Shown piece after piece: positions 39,142 to 47,291 of a DNA stretch of 64,000 nt. Made by a program: the position numbers and the translations under genes. A model generated the notes under the pieces. The model saw nothing but the letters and a program-made list of their open reading frames with translations. It ran no database searches and was not told the DNA's origin. This stretch comes from Burkholderiales bacterium (GTDB lineage Bacteria > Pseudomonadota > Gammaproteobacteria > Burkholderiales > SG8-39), in contig JBBRAI010000007.1 in the NCBI GenBank assembly GCA_038206915.1, forward strand, positions 12,005-76,004, read 5' to 3'. Numbering within the stretch: the stretch's first letter is position 1; each line of letters begins with the position of its first letter.

Positions 39142-39774
39142 CTACCTGTCGCCCCAGACCTCGTGTACCCGGGCGTCGCGGCCGCAGCCGGCGCGGTAGT
39201 ACGAGTAGCGAATCGGGTTCTTCTTGTAGTAGCCCTGGTGATATTCCTCCGCCGGGTAGAACGCGGAAGCGGCAACGACTTCCGTATACACATGCGGCAG
39301 CTTGCCGCTCTTGACCAGTGCGTCGCGGCTCGCGTCGGCGATTTTACGCTCAGTTTCGTTCTGCCAGAAGATGGCGCTGCGGTATTGCGTGCCGACGTCG
39401 CAGAACTGGCGATCTTTCACTGTCGGGTCGATGTGGTGCCAGAAGTAGTCGACCAGCTGCCGATAGCTGACTTTGGCCGGGTCGTAGCGAACACGCACCG
39501 CCTCGGCATGACCGGTGCTGCCGGCGCTGACCTGTGCGTAGGTGGGATTCGGCGTCCTGCCGCCGGTATAACCCGATTCCGCGTCGATCACGCCCGGCAG
39601 CTTCTCGAAGTCCGCTTCCAGACACCAGAAGCAGCCGCCGGCAAAAATAGCGTTCGCCGTGCCGCTGGCACCCGACGCGGCGCCCGCCGGCGCGGCGGCT
39701 GCGGCAAGACCCGCGCCGCCCAGCAGCAGCAACAACGCAGCGACAAAACCGGCCACGCGCACACCCGCCCTCAT
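39142..39774 (-). CDS. msrA: Peptide-methionine (S)-S-oxide reductase MsrA, exported form
   Basis: 210 aa. N-terminal hydrophobic leader (MRAGVRVAGFVAALLLLLGGAGLAAAAA), catalytic GCFWC, and the MsrA core GHAEAV...YHQ.Y. Confidence 0.9.
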   Translation of the reverse strand: MRAGVRVAGFVAALLLLLGGAGLAAAAAPAGAASGASGTANAIFAGGCFWCLEADFEKLPGVIDAESGYTGGRTPNPTYAQVSAGSTGHAEAVRVRYDPAKVSYRQLVDYFWHHIDPTVKDRQFCDVGTQYRSAIFWQNETERKIADASRDALVKSGKLPHVYTEVVAASAFYPAEEYHQGYYKKNPIRYSYYRAGCGRDARVHEVWGDR

Positions 39775-40286
39775 GCGCGCAACTCCGGCAGTTTATCCGT
39801 GCGCAACACGAAATTCAGCGCCACGCCGTTGTTGCAATAGCGTTTGCCGGTGGGTGCCGGACCATCGTCGAAGACGTGGCCCTGGTGCCCGCCGCAACGC
39901 GCGCAGTGATATTCGGTGCGCGGAAAGAGCAATTTGTAGTCGGTTCTGGTGGTCACGGCGCCGGGCAGCGGTCGCCAGAAACTCGGCCAGCCGGTACCAC
40001 TGTCGTACTTGGCGCTGCTGTCGAACAGCGGCAGACTGCACGCGGCGCAGACGAAGGTGCCGTCGTGCTTTTCCTGGTTCAGCGGGCTGCTGCCGGGGCG
40101 TTCCGTTGCTTCATCGAACAGCACGCGATACGCCGCCGCCGGCAGCAGAGCGGCCCATTCGGCCTTAGTCTTGCGCAGCGCCGGCCCGGCGCCATCGGCC
40201 GCGCCGGCCGCGCCGGCGTTGATTATGTGCAGTGCTGACAGGCCCGACAGGCCGAACAGCCATTTGAGGGAGCGACGACGGTCCAT
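39771..40286 (-). CDS. msrB: Peptide-methionine (R)-S-oxide reductase MsrB, exported form (Tat-like leader)
   Basis: 171 aa. MDRRRSLKWLFGLSGLSALHII leader, Zn CxxC pairs (CAAC, CARC), GWPSF and catalytic RYCNNG. ATGA overlap with msrA. Confidence 0.9.
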   Translation of the reverse strand: MDRRRSLKWLFGLSGLSALHIINAGAAGAADGAGPALRKTKAEWAALLPAAAYRVLFDEATERPGSSPLNQEKHDGTFVCAACSLPLFDSSAKYDSGTGWPSFWRPLPGAVTTRTDYKLLFPRTEYHCARCGGHQGHVFDDGPAPTGKRYCNNGVALNFVLRTDKLPELRA

Positions 40287-40376
40287 GACATTCTCCGGAT
40301 GATTCTGCCTCTATACATTTATGCGACGGCGCGCTTCACTCGGGCAGCGTTGCGTTCGGCGCGATATGGAGGCTAG

Positions 40377-40403
40377 TTCGGCGCGAACTGGCGTGCGGTT
40401 ACA
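40377..40403 (-). promoter_or_regulatory. ECF-type promoter TGTAACC-N16-CGAA upstream of msrB-msrA
   Basis: Minus strand reads tgtaacc gcacgccagttcgcgc cgaa ctagcc, about 90 nt upstream of the msrB ATG. It shares even the flanking ctagcc with the 39061 site. Confidence 0.65.
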
Positions 40404-40462
40404 TGCTGGTGCACAATTAAATCCCCGGCGGCGGGCACGTATCCGACTTTTTTCCAGCAGCT

Positions 40463-40489
40463 TGTAACAAAAGGCGTCGATGGAGCGAA
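40463..40489 (+). promoter_or_regulatory. ECF-type promoter TGTAACA-N16-CGAA (putative autoregulated sigma promoter)
   Basis: Plus strand reads tgtaaca aaaggcgtcgatggag cgaa. The -10 element overlaps codons 3-4 of the track ORF for the sigma factor. Confidence 0.55.
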
Positions 40490-41052
40490 TGCAAGGGACA
40501 GCCCGGCTGAACGCGGGCGAAAACAGGCTGAAGCTACTCCTGTTGCGCGGGCTTTCCGGCGAGGAGTCGGCCTATCACGCGTTCCTGCAGGAGTTGAGCG
40601 CGCATTTGCGCGCTTTCCTGAGGCGGCGCCTGGCGCGCTTGCCGGACGAAGTGGAGGACCTGGTGCAGGAATCGCTGCTGGCGGTACACAACCAACGTCA
40701 TACCTACGACGCGGGCCAGCCGCTGACGGCGTGGGTGCACGCGATCGCAAAGTACAAGCTGGTGGATCTGCTGCGCCGGCGTTCGAAACGCGAACTGCTC
40801 AGCGATCCGCTGGACGAGGAGTTCGGTCTGGCCGCGGCCTCGGACACGGATGCCGCGGATGCGCGCCGCGATCTGGGCCGGCTGCTGGCGCGCCTGCCCG
40901 AACGCCAGCGCCTGCCCATCGTGCATATGAAACTCGAGGGTCTGTCGGTGGCGCAGACCGCCGAGCTCACGGGCATGTCGGCCTCCGCAGTCAAGGTAGG
41001 CGTACATCGCGGCCTGAAGGCGCTGGCGGCGATGATACGAGAGGCGCCATGA
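40480..41052 (+). CDS. sigF: ECF RNA polymerase sigma factor (SigF-type, partner of NrsF)
   Basis: Sigma-70 region 2 ([20 protein letters not shown]...[19 protein letters not shown]) and region 4 ([44 protein letters not shown]). The 5' end is uncertain because of the promoter overlap. The name is inferred from the NrsF partner. Confidence 0.8.
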   Translation: MERMQGTARLNAGENRLKLLLLRGLSGEESAYHAFLQELSAHLRAFLRRRLARLPDEVEDLVQESLLAVHNQRHTYDAGQPLTAWVHAIAKYKLVDLLRRRSKRELLSDPLDEEFGLAAASDTDAADARRDLGRLLARLPERQRLPIVHMKLEGLSVAQTAELTGMSASAVKVGVHRGLKALAAMIREAP

Positions 41053-41690
41053 GAACCGAAGAGCTGGTCAGCATGCTTGCGACCGGTGCCGGCGCGGTAG
41101 CGCCGAACCAGGTCGCGCGCCGCCATGCGCTTGCGCTGGGATGGGGCATTCTGGGCGCCGCGCTGCTGATGGCCATCCTGCTCGGCCCGCGCCCTGATCT
41201 TGCCCGGGCGGTTCTGCTGCCCATGTTCTGGGTGAAGCTCGTGTTTGTCGCGTGCATCGCGGCGGGCAGCCTGGCCGCGGCGCTGCGACTGGCGCGCCCG
41301 GGGCGCAAGCTTGCCTGGGTGCCGGCAGCGGTGGCCGCGCCGGTGCTCGCGATCTGGCTGCTTTCGATGATCGTGCTGGTGCCAGCCGAGGCGGCGCAGC
41401 GCGAAATACTGTTCTTCGGTAGTACCTGGGACGTATGCCCGTTCCTGATCGCCACCTTGTCGGTGCCCGGATTTGTCGCGGCGATGTGGGCGATGCAGGG
41501 ACTTGCGCCCACTCGCCTGCGTCTCGCCGGCGCGGCGGCAGGGCTGTTTGCCGGATCCATGGGCGCGCTGGTGTACTGCCTGCACTGTCCGGAAATGGGC
41601 GCGCCTTTCATCGGTGTCTGGTATCTGCTCGGCATGCTGATACCTGCTGCCGCCGGCGCGCTGCTCGGTCCGCGCCTGCTGCGCTGGTAG
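41049..41690 (+). CDS. nrsF: NrsF-family (DUF1109) membrane anti-sigma factor
   Basis: 213 aa starting [17 protein letters not shown]. Six TM segments and a conserved Cys pair region (VCPF, CLHCPEM). ATGA overlap with the sigma gene. Confidence 0.8.
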   Translation: MRTEELVSMLATGAGAVAPNQVARRHALALGWGILGAALLMAILLGPRPDLARAVLLPMFWVKLVFVACIAAGSLAAALRLARPGRKLAWVPAAVAAPVLAIWLLSMIVLVPAEAAQREILFFGSTWDVCPFLIATLSVPGFVAAMWAMQGLAPTRLRLAGAAAGLFAGSMGALVYCLHCPEMGAPFIGVWYLLGMLIPAAAGALLGPRLLRW

Positions 41691-41770
41691 CGCCGTTCCT
41701 TCGGCGTGCCGACCGAGCGCGGCGGCAGCCGGAAGCGATTCCGAAATGCGGTTAAACTTGCACCATTGCA

Positions 41771-42982
41771 TTGCCGGAGAACGACGTGCGCTGGCGTATT
41801 ACCGCGATCCTGCTGAACCTAGCCCACGCGATCGATCATCTGATGCTGCTGGTATTCGCGACCGCGGTTTCGGCCATCGCACGCGACTTCGGCATCGGGC
41901 GCTGGGAAGATCTCATGCCCTTTACCACCGGCGCCTTTCTCATGTTCGGCCTGGGATCCTTCCCTGCCGGGCGCCTGGGCGATTTGTGGGGCCGCCGCGC
42001 GATGATGCTGATCTTCTATTTCGGCATTGGCGTCTCAGCCGTGCTGATTGCGCTGACGCAGAATGTCTGGCAACTGGCGCTGGCGCTGGGCCTGATGGGC
42101 ACGTTTGCTTCGATCTATCATCCGGTAGGCATTCCGATGCTGCTGCGGCACACGCAAAGGCCCGGCTTTACCATTGGCGTCAACGGCATGGTCGGCAACC
42201 TGGGCATCGCCGCGGCGGCGATATCGACCGGATTCCTGATTCAGTATGTGAACTGGCGCACGGCGTTCATCGTGCCCGGCCTGATCTCGATCGCCTGCGG
42301 ACTGCTGTTCATGAAGATCGCGCCAGCCGAACAGGGCGCGCCCGGCAAGCAGGCGGTCAGGCAGATCGAACTGGCGCCGGCGACGCGAAACCGCGTGTTC
42401 CTGGTGATGACCATGCTCGCAATCACCAGCAGCATACTGTTCAACTTCACTACCAACGGCAACGGCGAATTGCTCAAGGCGCGCCTGCCGATCCTGGTGC
42501 AGCAGCCGGCCCTGCTCGGGACGCTGCTCGCCGTGGTGTACGCGCTCTCATCCGTGTCGCAGCTGGCGGTGGGCCGACTGATCGATCGCTATCCGATACG
42601 CAACGTGATGCTGGCCATCATCGCCTGTCAGGGCCCGGTGTTCCTGCTTGCGGCTTTCACTCACGGCTGGACGCTATATGTGGCGATGATCATTTTTATG
42701 GTGCTGGTGTTCGGTTCCATCCCGTTTACCGATGCGATCATCGCGCGCTTCGTCGACGACAGTATCCGCTCGCGCGTGAGCGGCATGCGCCTGGCGGTTT
42801 CCTTCGGCGTCAGCTCACTGGCCGTGTGGGCGCTGGGACCAGCGGTAAAGGCCGCCGGATTCGGCACCGCGCTGCTGGTACTCAGCGCCGTTGCGATCGG
42901 CTCGCTCTTGATCACCTGGCACTTGCCGGACGAGCAAAGCATACGCAGGGCCTCCGCGGTCCCGAGTCCGCAGACTGCCTGA
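41771..42982 (+). CDS. MFS transporter
   Basis: About 400 aa, 12 TM segments, MFS loop motif GRLGDLWGRR. Non-ATG start (TTG 41771 or GTG 41786). Confidence 0.8.
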   Translation: MPENDVRWRITAILLNLAHAIDHLMLLVFATAVSAIARDFGIGRWEDLMPFTTGAFLMFGLGSFPAGRLGDLWGRRAMMLIFYFGIGVSAVLIALTQNVWQLALALGLMGTFASIYHPVGIPMLLRHTQRPGFTIGVNGMVGNLGIAAAAISTGFLIQYVNWRTAFIVPGLISIACGLLFMKIAPAEQGAPGKQAVRQIELAPATRNRVFLVMTMLAITSSILFNFTTNGNGELLKARLPILVQQPALLGTLLAVVYALSSVSQLAVGRLIDRYPIRNVMLAIIACQGPVFLLAAFTHGWTLYVAMIIFMVLVFGSIPFTDAIIARFVDDSIRSRVSGMRLAVSFGVSSLAVWALGPAVKAAGFGTALLVLSAVAIGSLLITWHLPDEQSIRRASAVPSPQTA

Positions 42983-43090
42983 AGCGCGATTCAATCCTGC
43001 CCGCCGGGGCATACACGCATTGCACGCGGATTCGCCGCCGCGCGGCGTGCAGTAGAATGATGCCGAGAGCAATTTCGAGGAGCACAGCAT

Positions 43091-43408
43091 ATGCGAGGCG
43101 CAGTAGTCGTGGCGTTTGCCCCGGATCGTGAATATGAGTTGAAGATTACCGCGGGCGACCCGCCCTTGCCGACAGAGCAGGAAGGTGAAATTTGGTTGTC
43201 GCAGCAGTTCGAGGAACTGGGCTGCACTCCGAGAAGCCTGGTGGGCAAAGTGCTCGCACTGGACAGGGTTCTGGATGTCGCGCGCGAGGCGGGGGAGAAG
43301 CGCTTCGCCGGAGACATCGCCTGGGCCGAGGCTTACGCGCGTGCCGTGCTCGCCATCCTCGAGCGCCAAGTCGTGCGCGTCGACCTTGCGGAGAACACCG
43401 TCGCCTGA
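43091..43408 (+). CDS. Hypothetical protein (105 aa)
   Basis: ATG preceded by gaggag at -13 to -8. Balanced amino-acid composition. No family recognised. Confidence 0.5.
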   Translation: MRGAVVVAFAPDREYELKITAGDPPLPTEQEGEIWLSQQFEELGCTPRSLVGKVLALDRVLDVAREAGEKRFAGDIAWAEAYARAVLAILERQVVRVDLAENTVA

Positions 43409-43424
43409 GGGCGCCGGCGCGGCT

Positions 43425-44330
43425 TCAGGACTGGAGCTGCGCGACCTGCTGCGCCAGTTGCTGCATGCGCGCCGCGATCGACTTGAGCAGCGACGCGCCG
43501 AACGCAGGATTCGCCTTGACCAGGCCGAGGAAGTCGGTGCGGTTGATCGCCAGCAGCCTGCAGTCGGTCTCCGCGCTCGCCGAGGCCGCCCGCGCGGAGC
43601 GGTCCACCAGCGCCATTTCGCCGAACATGCCGCCGGCGCCGACGCGTTCCACCACGCTGCTGTCGACCGAGATCGCGACACGGCCGTCGAGCACGACGTA
43701 CATGAATGCGCCTACGGCGCCCGCGCTCATGATCACCTTGCCTGCGGGAAATTCGGCGGGCTCCTGCGTCGCGAGTTCGCGCTGAAGCTCCGCCAGTCCC
43801 TTGCGGTCGAGGATGTCGCTGCGCTCTACCGGCGTGACCGCCGGGCGCGCGCTGCCCAGTTTGACGATGCTCTGGCGCAGACGCTGGACCATGATGCTCA
43901 TCAGCATCAGCGCAAACTCCGGCTTCTTCTCGAGCGCCAGGTGGAACTGCTTTTCGTCCAGCGACAGAACGCGGCAGTTGATCTTGGCCATAGCCGTCGC
44001 ACTGCGTGGCAGGCCGGCGATAACCGCCAGTTCGCCGAACACGTCACCCGGCTTTACTACCCCGAAAAACTTGTTGCGGATCATCAGGCCGATTTCGCCC
44101 TCGAGCAGCAGGTACATCCTTGCGTTTTTCGAAAACAATCCGCCCGCTTTTTCATTCTCCGAGAAAATCGCCTTTCCCGCCGGTTTCTCTTCTATGGTTC
44201 CGGCAGAGCGAAAAAATTCCAGTGCCAGTGCAGGCTGATACTGCGGACTCTGCGCGGCGACCTGAGTCGTAGCGCGCGCGGCCGCTTCCGGGCGCGGCGT
44301 GGGCTTGGCCGAAAAATCGAGGTCTTCCAT
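43425..44330 (-). CDS. Tandem cyclic-nucleotide-binding-domain protein (no output domain)
   Basis: 301 aa. Two cNMP-binding beta-barrels with phosphate-binding cassettes (FGELAVIAGLPRSATAMA and FGEMALVDRSARAASASA). Confidence 0.85.
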   Translation of the reverse strand: MEDLDFSAKPTPRPEAAARATTQVAAQSPQYQPALALEFFRSAGTIEEKPAGKAIFSENEKAGGLFSKNARMYLLLEGEIGLMIRNKFFGVVKPGDVFGELAVIAGLPRSATAMAKINCRVLSLDEKQFHLALEKKPEFALMLMSIMVQRLRQSIVKLGSARPAVTPVERSDILDRKGLAELQRELATQEPAEFPAGKVIMSAGAVGAFMYVVLDGRVAISVDSSVVERVGAGGMFGEMALVDRSARAASASAETDCRLLAINRTDFLGLVKANPAFGASLLKSIAARMQQLAQQVAQLQS

Positions 44331-44393
44331 GGGTCCCGATATTTTAATCCTTAATTCGGCGGCGGGCGATGTATTGCCGGCAGGGTCGGCCCC

Positions 44394-45536
44394 TTAGCTG
44401 AACACCGCCGGCGCGAGCTTTGTCAGCGCTTGCTTACGCGAAATCGATGTGCCTGCGAGCGCAAAACCAAGCAGCTTGCCGCTTGCATCCTCGAATCTGG
44501 CCTCGATTCCGTCCGCTTCCGGATTCAGCTTCCAGCTGCCCGCAAGCGCCGCCGGCGGGCAAACCACCAGCGGCAGCGCCGGGGTCTTCACCACCACCGG
44601 CATGGCGGAATAGGTAACCGGCGTCGCCGTTCCCGCCAGCGTCTGCGCCAAAGCGCGCGCTGCCTGCATCAGCGGCAGCACGTAGGGCAGCGTCTGGCCA
44701 TCGACCTCGGCGCAATCACCCAGGGCATACACGTTTGCCGCGCTGGTCTGCAGCAGGCGGTCGGTGACGATGCCGCGATTGACCTTCAATCCCGCGCGCT
44801 GCGCCAGCCGCACGCGCGGGCGCAAGCCGATTGCGCTGAGCACCACGTCAGTCTTCAGCATCGTCCCGTCGGCGAGCTCTACGTGCAATCCTGCGGCATC
44901 GCGCTTTACCGCGCGCGCCGTGGTCCCCAGGTGCCAGCTTACGCCGGCGGCAGCCAGTGCATGCTGCAGGCGCTCGGCTACCGCCTCGGGCAACAGCCGG
45001 CCCAGTGGCCGCTGTGCCGGGTCGATCACCGCTACACGATAGCCGGCAGCGAGGAGGTCGTTGGCGAACTCGCAGCCGATAAGTCCCGCGCCCAGCAGCA
45101 CCACGCTTTGCTTGCCTTCGATGGCGGCGCGAAAGCTCGCATACGCCGCCAGGTCGTTGACGCGCAACACTTCGTGTGCGGCATCGCCTTGCAGCGCCAG
45201 TTCTATCGGGTCGGCGCCCAGCGCGAGCACCAGCTTCGCGTAGCGTATCGGCGCGCCCGCGACCTGCACCGTGCGCCGGCCGGTATCTATTGCTTCGACC
45301 TCGGCGCCGGCGATAATCCGCGCTTTGAGTTGAACGGCCATTTGTTCGGCTGCGGCGCTCGCGATCTGCGCCGCCGCTTTTCCCGCTGCCAGCGCATTCG
45401 ACAGCATCGGCTTGGAATAGAAACTCGCGTCGTCCCGGCTCAGGATCACCAGCGGCGTGAACTGATCGAGCTTGCGCAGTTCGCGGGCCACGGTGTAGCC
45501 CGCGAGCCCGCTGCCGATGATGAGCACCGGATCCAC
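44394..45536 (-). CDS. NAD(P)/FAD-dependent oxidoreductase, rubredoxin-NAD+ reductase-like
   Basis: 380 aa with a GTG start. Two dinucleotide folds (IIGSGLAGY, LLGAGLIGCEFA). The start is 1 nt downstream of the rubredoxin stop. Confidence 0.85.
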   Translation of the reverse strand: MDPVLIIGSGLAGYTVARELRKLDQFTPLVILSRDDASFYSKPMLSNALAAGKAAAQIASAAAEQMAVQLKARIIAGAEVEAIDTGRRTVQVAGAPIRYAKLVLALGADPIELALQGDAAHEVLRVNDLAAYASFRAAIEGKQSVVLLGAGLIGCEFANDLLAAGYRVAVIDPAQRPLGRLLPEAVAERLQHALAAAGVSWHLGTTARAVKRDAAGLHVELADGTMLKTDVVLSAIGLRPRVRLAQRAGLKVNRGIVTDRLLQTSAANVYALGDCAEVDGQTLPYVLPLMQAARALAQTLAGTATPVTYSAMPVVVKTPALPLVVCPPAALAGSWKLNPEADGIEARFEDASGKLLGFALAGTSISRKQALTKLAPAVFS

Positions 45537-45537
45537 T

Positions 45538-45717
45538 TCAGGCCGCCACCGAGCCGGCTTCTACCATTTCGAAATCGGCCTTGGCCACGCCGCAATCGGG
45601 GCAGGACCAGTCAGCCGGGATGTCCTCCCAGCGCGTTCCCGCGGCGACGCCGTCCTCCGGCATTCCCCTTGCTTCGTCATAGATGAAACCGCACACCACA
45701 CATTGCCATGTCTTCAT
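45538..45717 (-). CDS. Rubredoxin
   Basis: 59-aa ORF absent from the track (below 60 aa): [59 protein letters not shown]. Two CxxCG knuckles. Confidence 0.9.
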   Translation of the reverse strand: MKTWQCVVCGFIYDEARGMPEDGVAAGTRWEDIPADWSCPDCGVAKADFEMVEAGSVAA

Positions 45718-45746
45718 TTGTTCGCTCCTTGCTGTCGGTAGATTGA

Positions 45747-46217
45747 TTAGTGCTGCGCCTTGGCCAGCGCCGCCTTGTATTGGTTGGCGTGGCGCTCCTC
45801 GACCTTGGCCAGCGCGGCAAATCGCTTGGCCGCCTTCTCCAGCGTGCTGCGGAAGGACTGCGCGTGTTCTTTCGATTCGGCGATCTGCTCGTCGAATTCC
45901 TTTACCGCCGGGGTGTTGCCCTCTTCGACGGCGAGGTGGCGGAATTTCGGGTACATCTCGGTGTACTCGTAGGTTTCACCCTCGATGGCGATCTCCAGCG
46001 CCCGTGCCGGGCTGAGCCCGGACTTGGGATAGAGCAGGTCGAGATGGCCGAAGGCGTGCTGCACGTCCTGATCGGCGGTTTCCGCGAACACGCGCGCGGT
46101 AGCCTCGTCACCGGCTGCGCGAGCGAGTTTGGCGAAATAGCGGTATTTGATGTGCGCCATGCTCTCGCCGGCAAATGCCGCCTCGAGGTTCTGGATGGTG
46201 ATGGATTCCGGTTTCAT
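45747..46217 (-). CDS. Rubrerythrin-family diiron protein (no rubredoxin domain)
   Basis: 156 aa. Four-helix ferritin-like protein with ExxH motifs ([16 protein letters not shown]) and the EGETYEY region. Confidence 0.85.
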   Translation of the reverse strand: MKPESITIQNLEAAFAGESMAHIKYRYFAKLARAAGDEATARVFAETADQDVQHAFGHLDLLYPKSGLSPARALEIAIEGETYEYTEMYPKFRHLAVEEGNTPAVKEFDEQIAESKEHAQSFRSTLEKAAKRFAALAKVEERHANQYKAALAKAQH

Positions 46218-46257
46218 GTCTGGCTCCTTTGAAATGGGATGAACGTGCTACGGGACC

Positions 46258-46280
46258 GATTATGGCCGCTAGACATAATC
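46258..46280. promoter_or_regulatory. LysR/OxyR-type box: 7-bp perfect inverted repeat GATTATG-N9-CATAATC
   Basis: Located in the 107-bp divergent region between the rubrerythrin gene and oxyR. It has T-N11-A geometry. Confidence 0.55.
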
Positions 46281-46324
46281 GAGTCTAACGACTAATATTG
46301 TTAAACTTGATCGGATATGTCGAT

Positions 46325-47278
46325 ATGCCTGTCCTGCCTTCCCTGCGCCAGCTCGGCTACCTCGTCGCGCTGGCGCAGCACCTCAATTTCACCCGCGCCG
46401 CCGCGGCCTGCTTCGTTACGCAGTCCACGCTCAGCGCCGGGCTGAAGGAGCTGGAGGCGACGCTTGGCGCGATGCTGGTCGAGCGCGACCGGCAAAGCGT
46501 GCTCATGACGCCGCTGGGGCTGGAAGCGGCAACGCGCGCGCGCCAGTTGCTCGCCGCGGCGGAGGACCTGGTCCAACTCGCCGCAGCGTCGGCCCAGCCG
46601 ATGACAGGCGCGCTGCGCCTGGGCGCGATTCCGACGCTCGCGCCTTTCCTGCTGCCGCACATCCTTCCCGGTCTGCGCGCGAAATACCCGCAGCTGAAGC
46701 TGTTGCTGCGCGAGGACGTCAGCGCCAACCTGCTGCAGCGCCTTGCGGACGGACAGCTCGATTTCGTGCTGCTGGCCTTACCGTTCGATACCGGGGATAT
46801 GCAAGTGCGTGCGTTGTTCGACGACGAGTTCTGGCTGGTCGGGCGCGAGGACGACCCGGCGCTCAAGGCCAGGCGCGCAAGCGTCAGCGCACCGGTTGCG
46901 GAGCGGCTGCTGCTGCTGGAGGAGGGCCACTGCCTGCGCGAGCACACGCTCGCCGCCTGTGCCGGCCGCGAGCCCTCCAGCCGCTCCGGCGTGGAAGCTA
47001 CCAGCCTGCTGACGCTGGTGCAGATGGTCGAATCGGGCATCGGCCTTGCGCTGGTGCCGGAGATCGCGCTGAACAGCGGCTTGCTCAAGGGAACCAAACT
47101 CGTCGCGCGGCCGCTGACTTCGCCGGCTCCGAAGCGCACCATAGCGCTGCTGGCGCGGCGCTCCAGTGCGCGGCAGGCAGAGCTAGCGGCGCTGGGCGAA
47201 TTCATCGAAGCCGCGCGCCGACAGGATCACTATGCCGTCAGCACGTCCAGGGGACGGCGGCGTCCTTCACACCAATAG
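46325..47278 (+). CDS. oxyR: LysR-family hydrogen peroxide sensor OxyR
   Basis: Starts MPVLPSLRQLGYLVALAQHLNFTRAA. The redox Cys pair sits in the canonical context LLEEGHCLREHTLAAC (Cys199/Cys208 equivalents). Confidence 0.85.
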   Translation: MPVLPSLRQLGYLVALAQHLNFTRAAAACFVTQSTLSAGLKELEATLGAMLVERDRQSVLMTPLGLEAATRARQLLAAAEDLVQLAAASAQPMTGALRLGAIPTLAPFLLPHILPGLRAKYPQLKLLLREDVSANLLQRLADGQLDFVLLALPFDTGDMQVRALFDDEFWLVGREDDPALKARRASVSAPVAERLLLLEEGHCLREHTLAACAGREPSSRSGVEATSLLTLVQMVESGIGLALVPEIALNSGLLKGTKLVARPLTSPAPKRTIALLARRSSARQAELAALGEFIEAARRQDHYAVSTSRGRRRPSHQ

Positions 47279-47291
47279 AGAGGCAAGGCAA

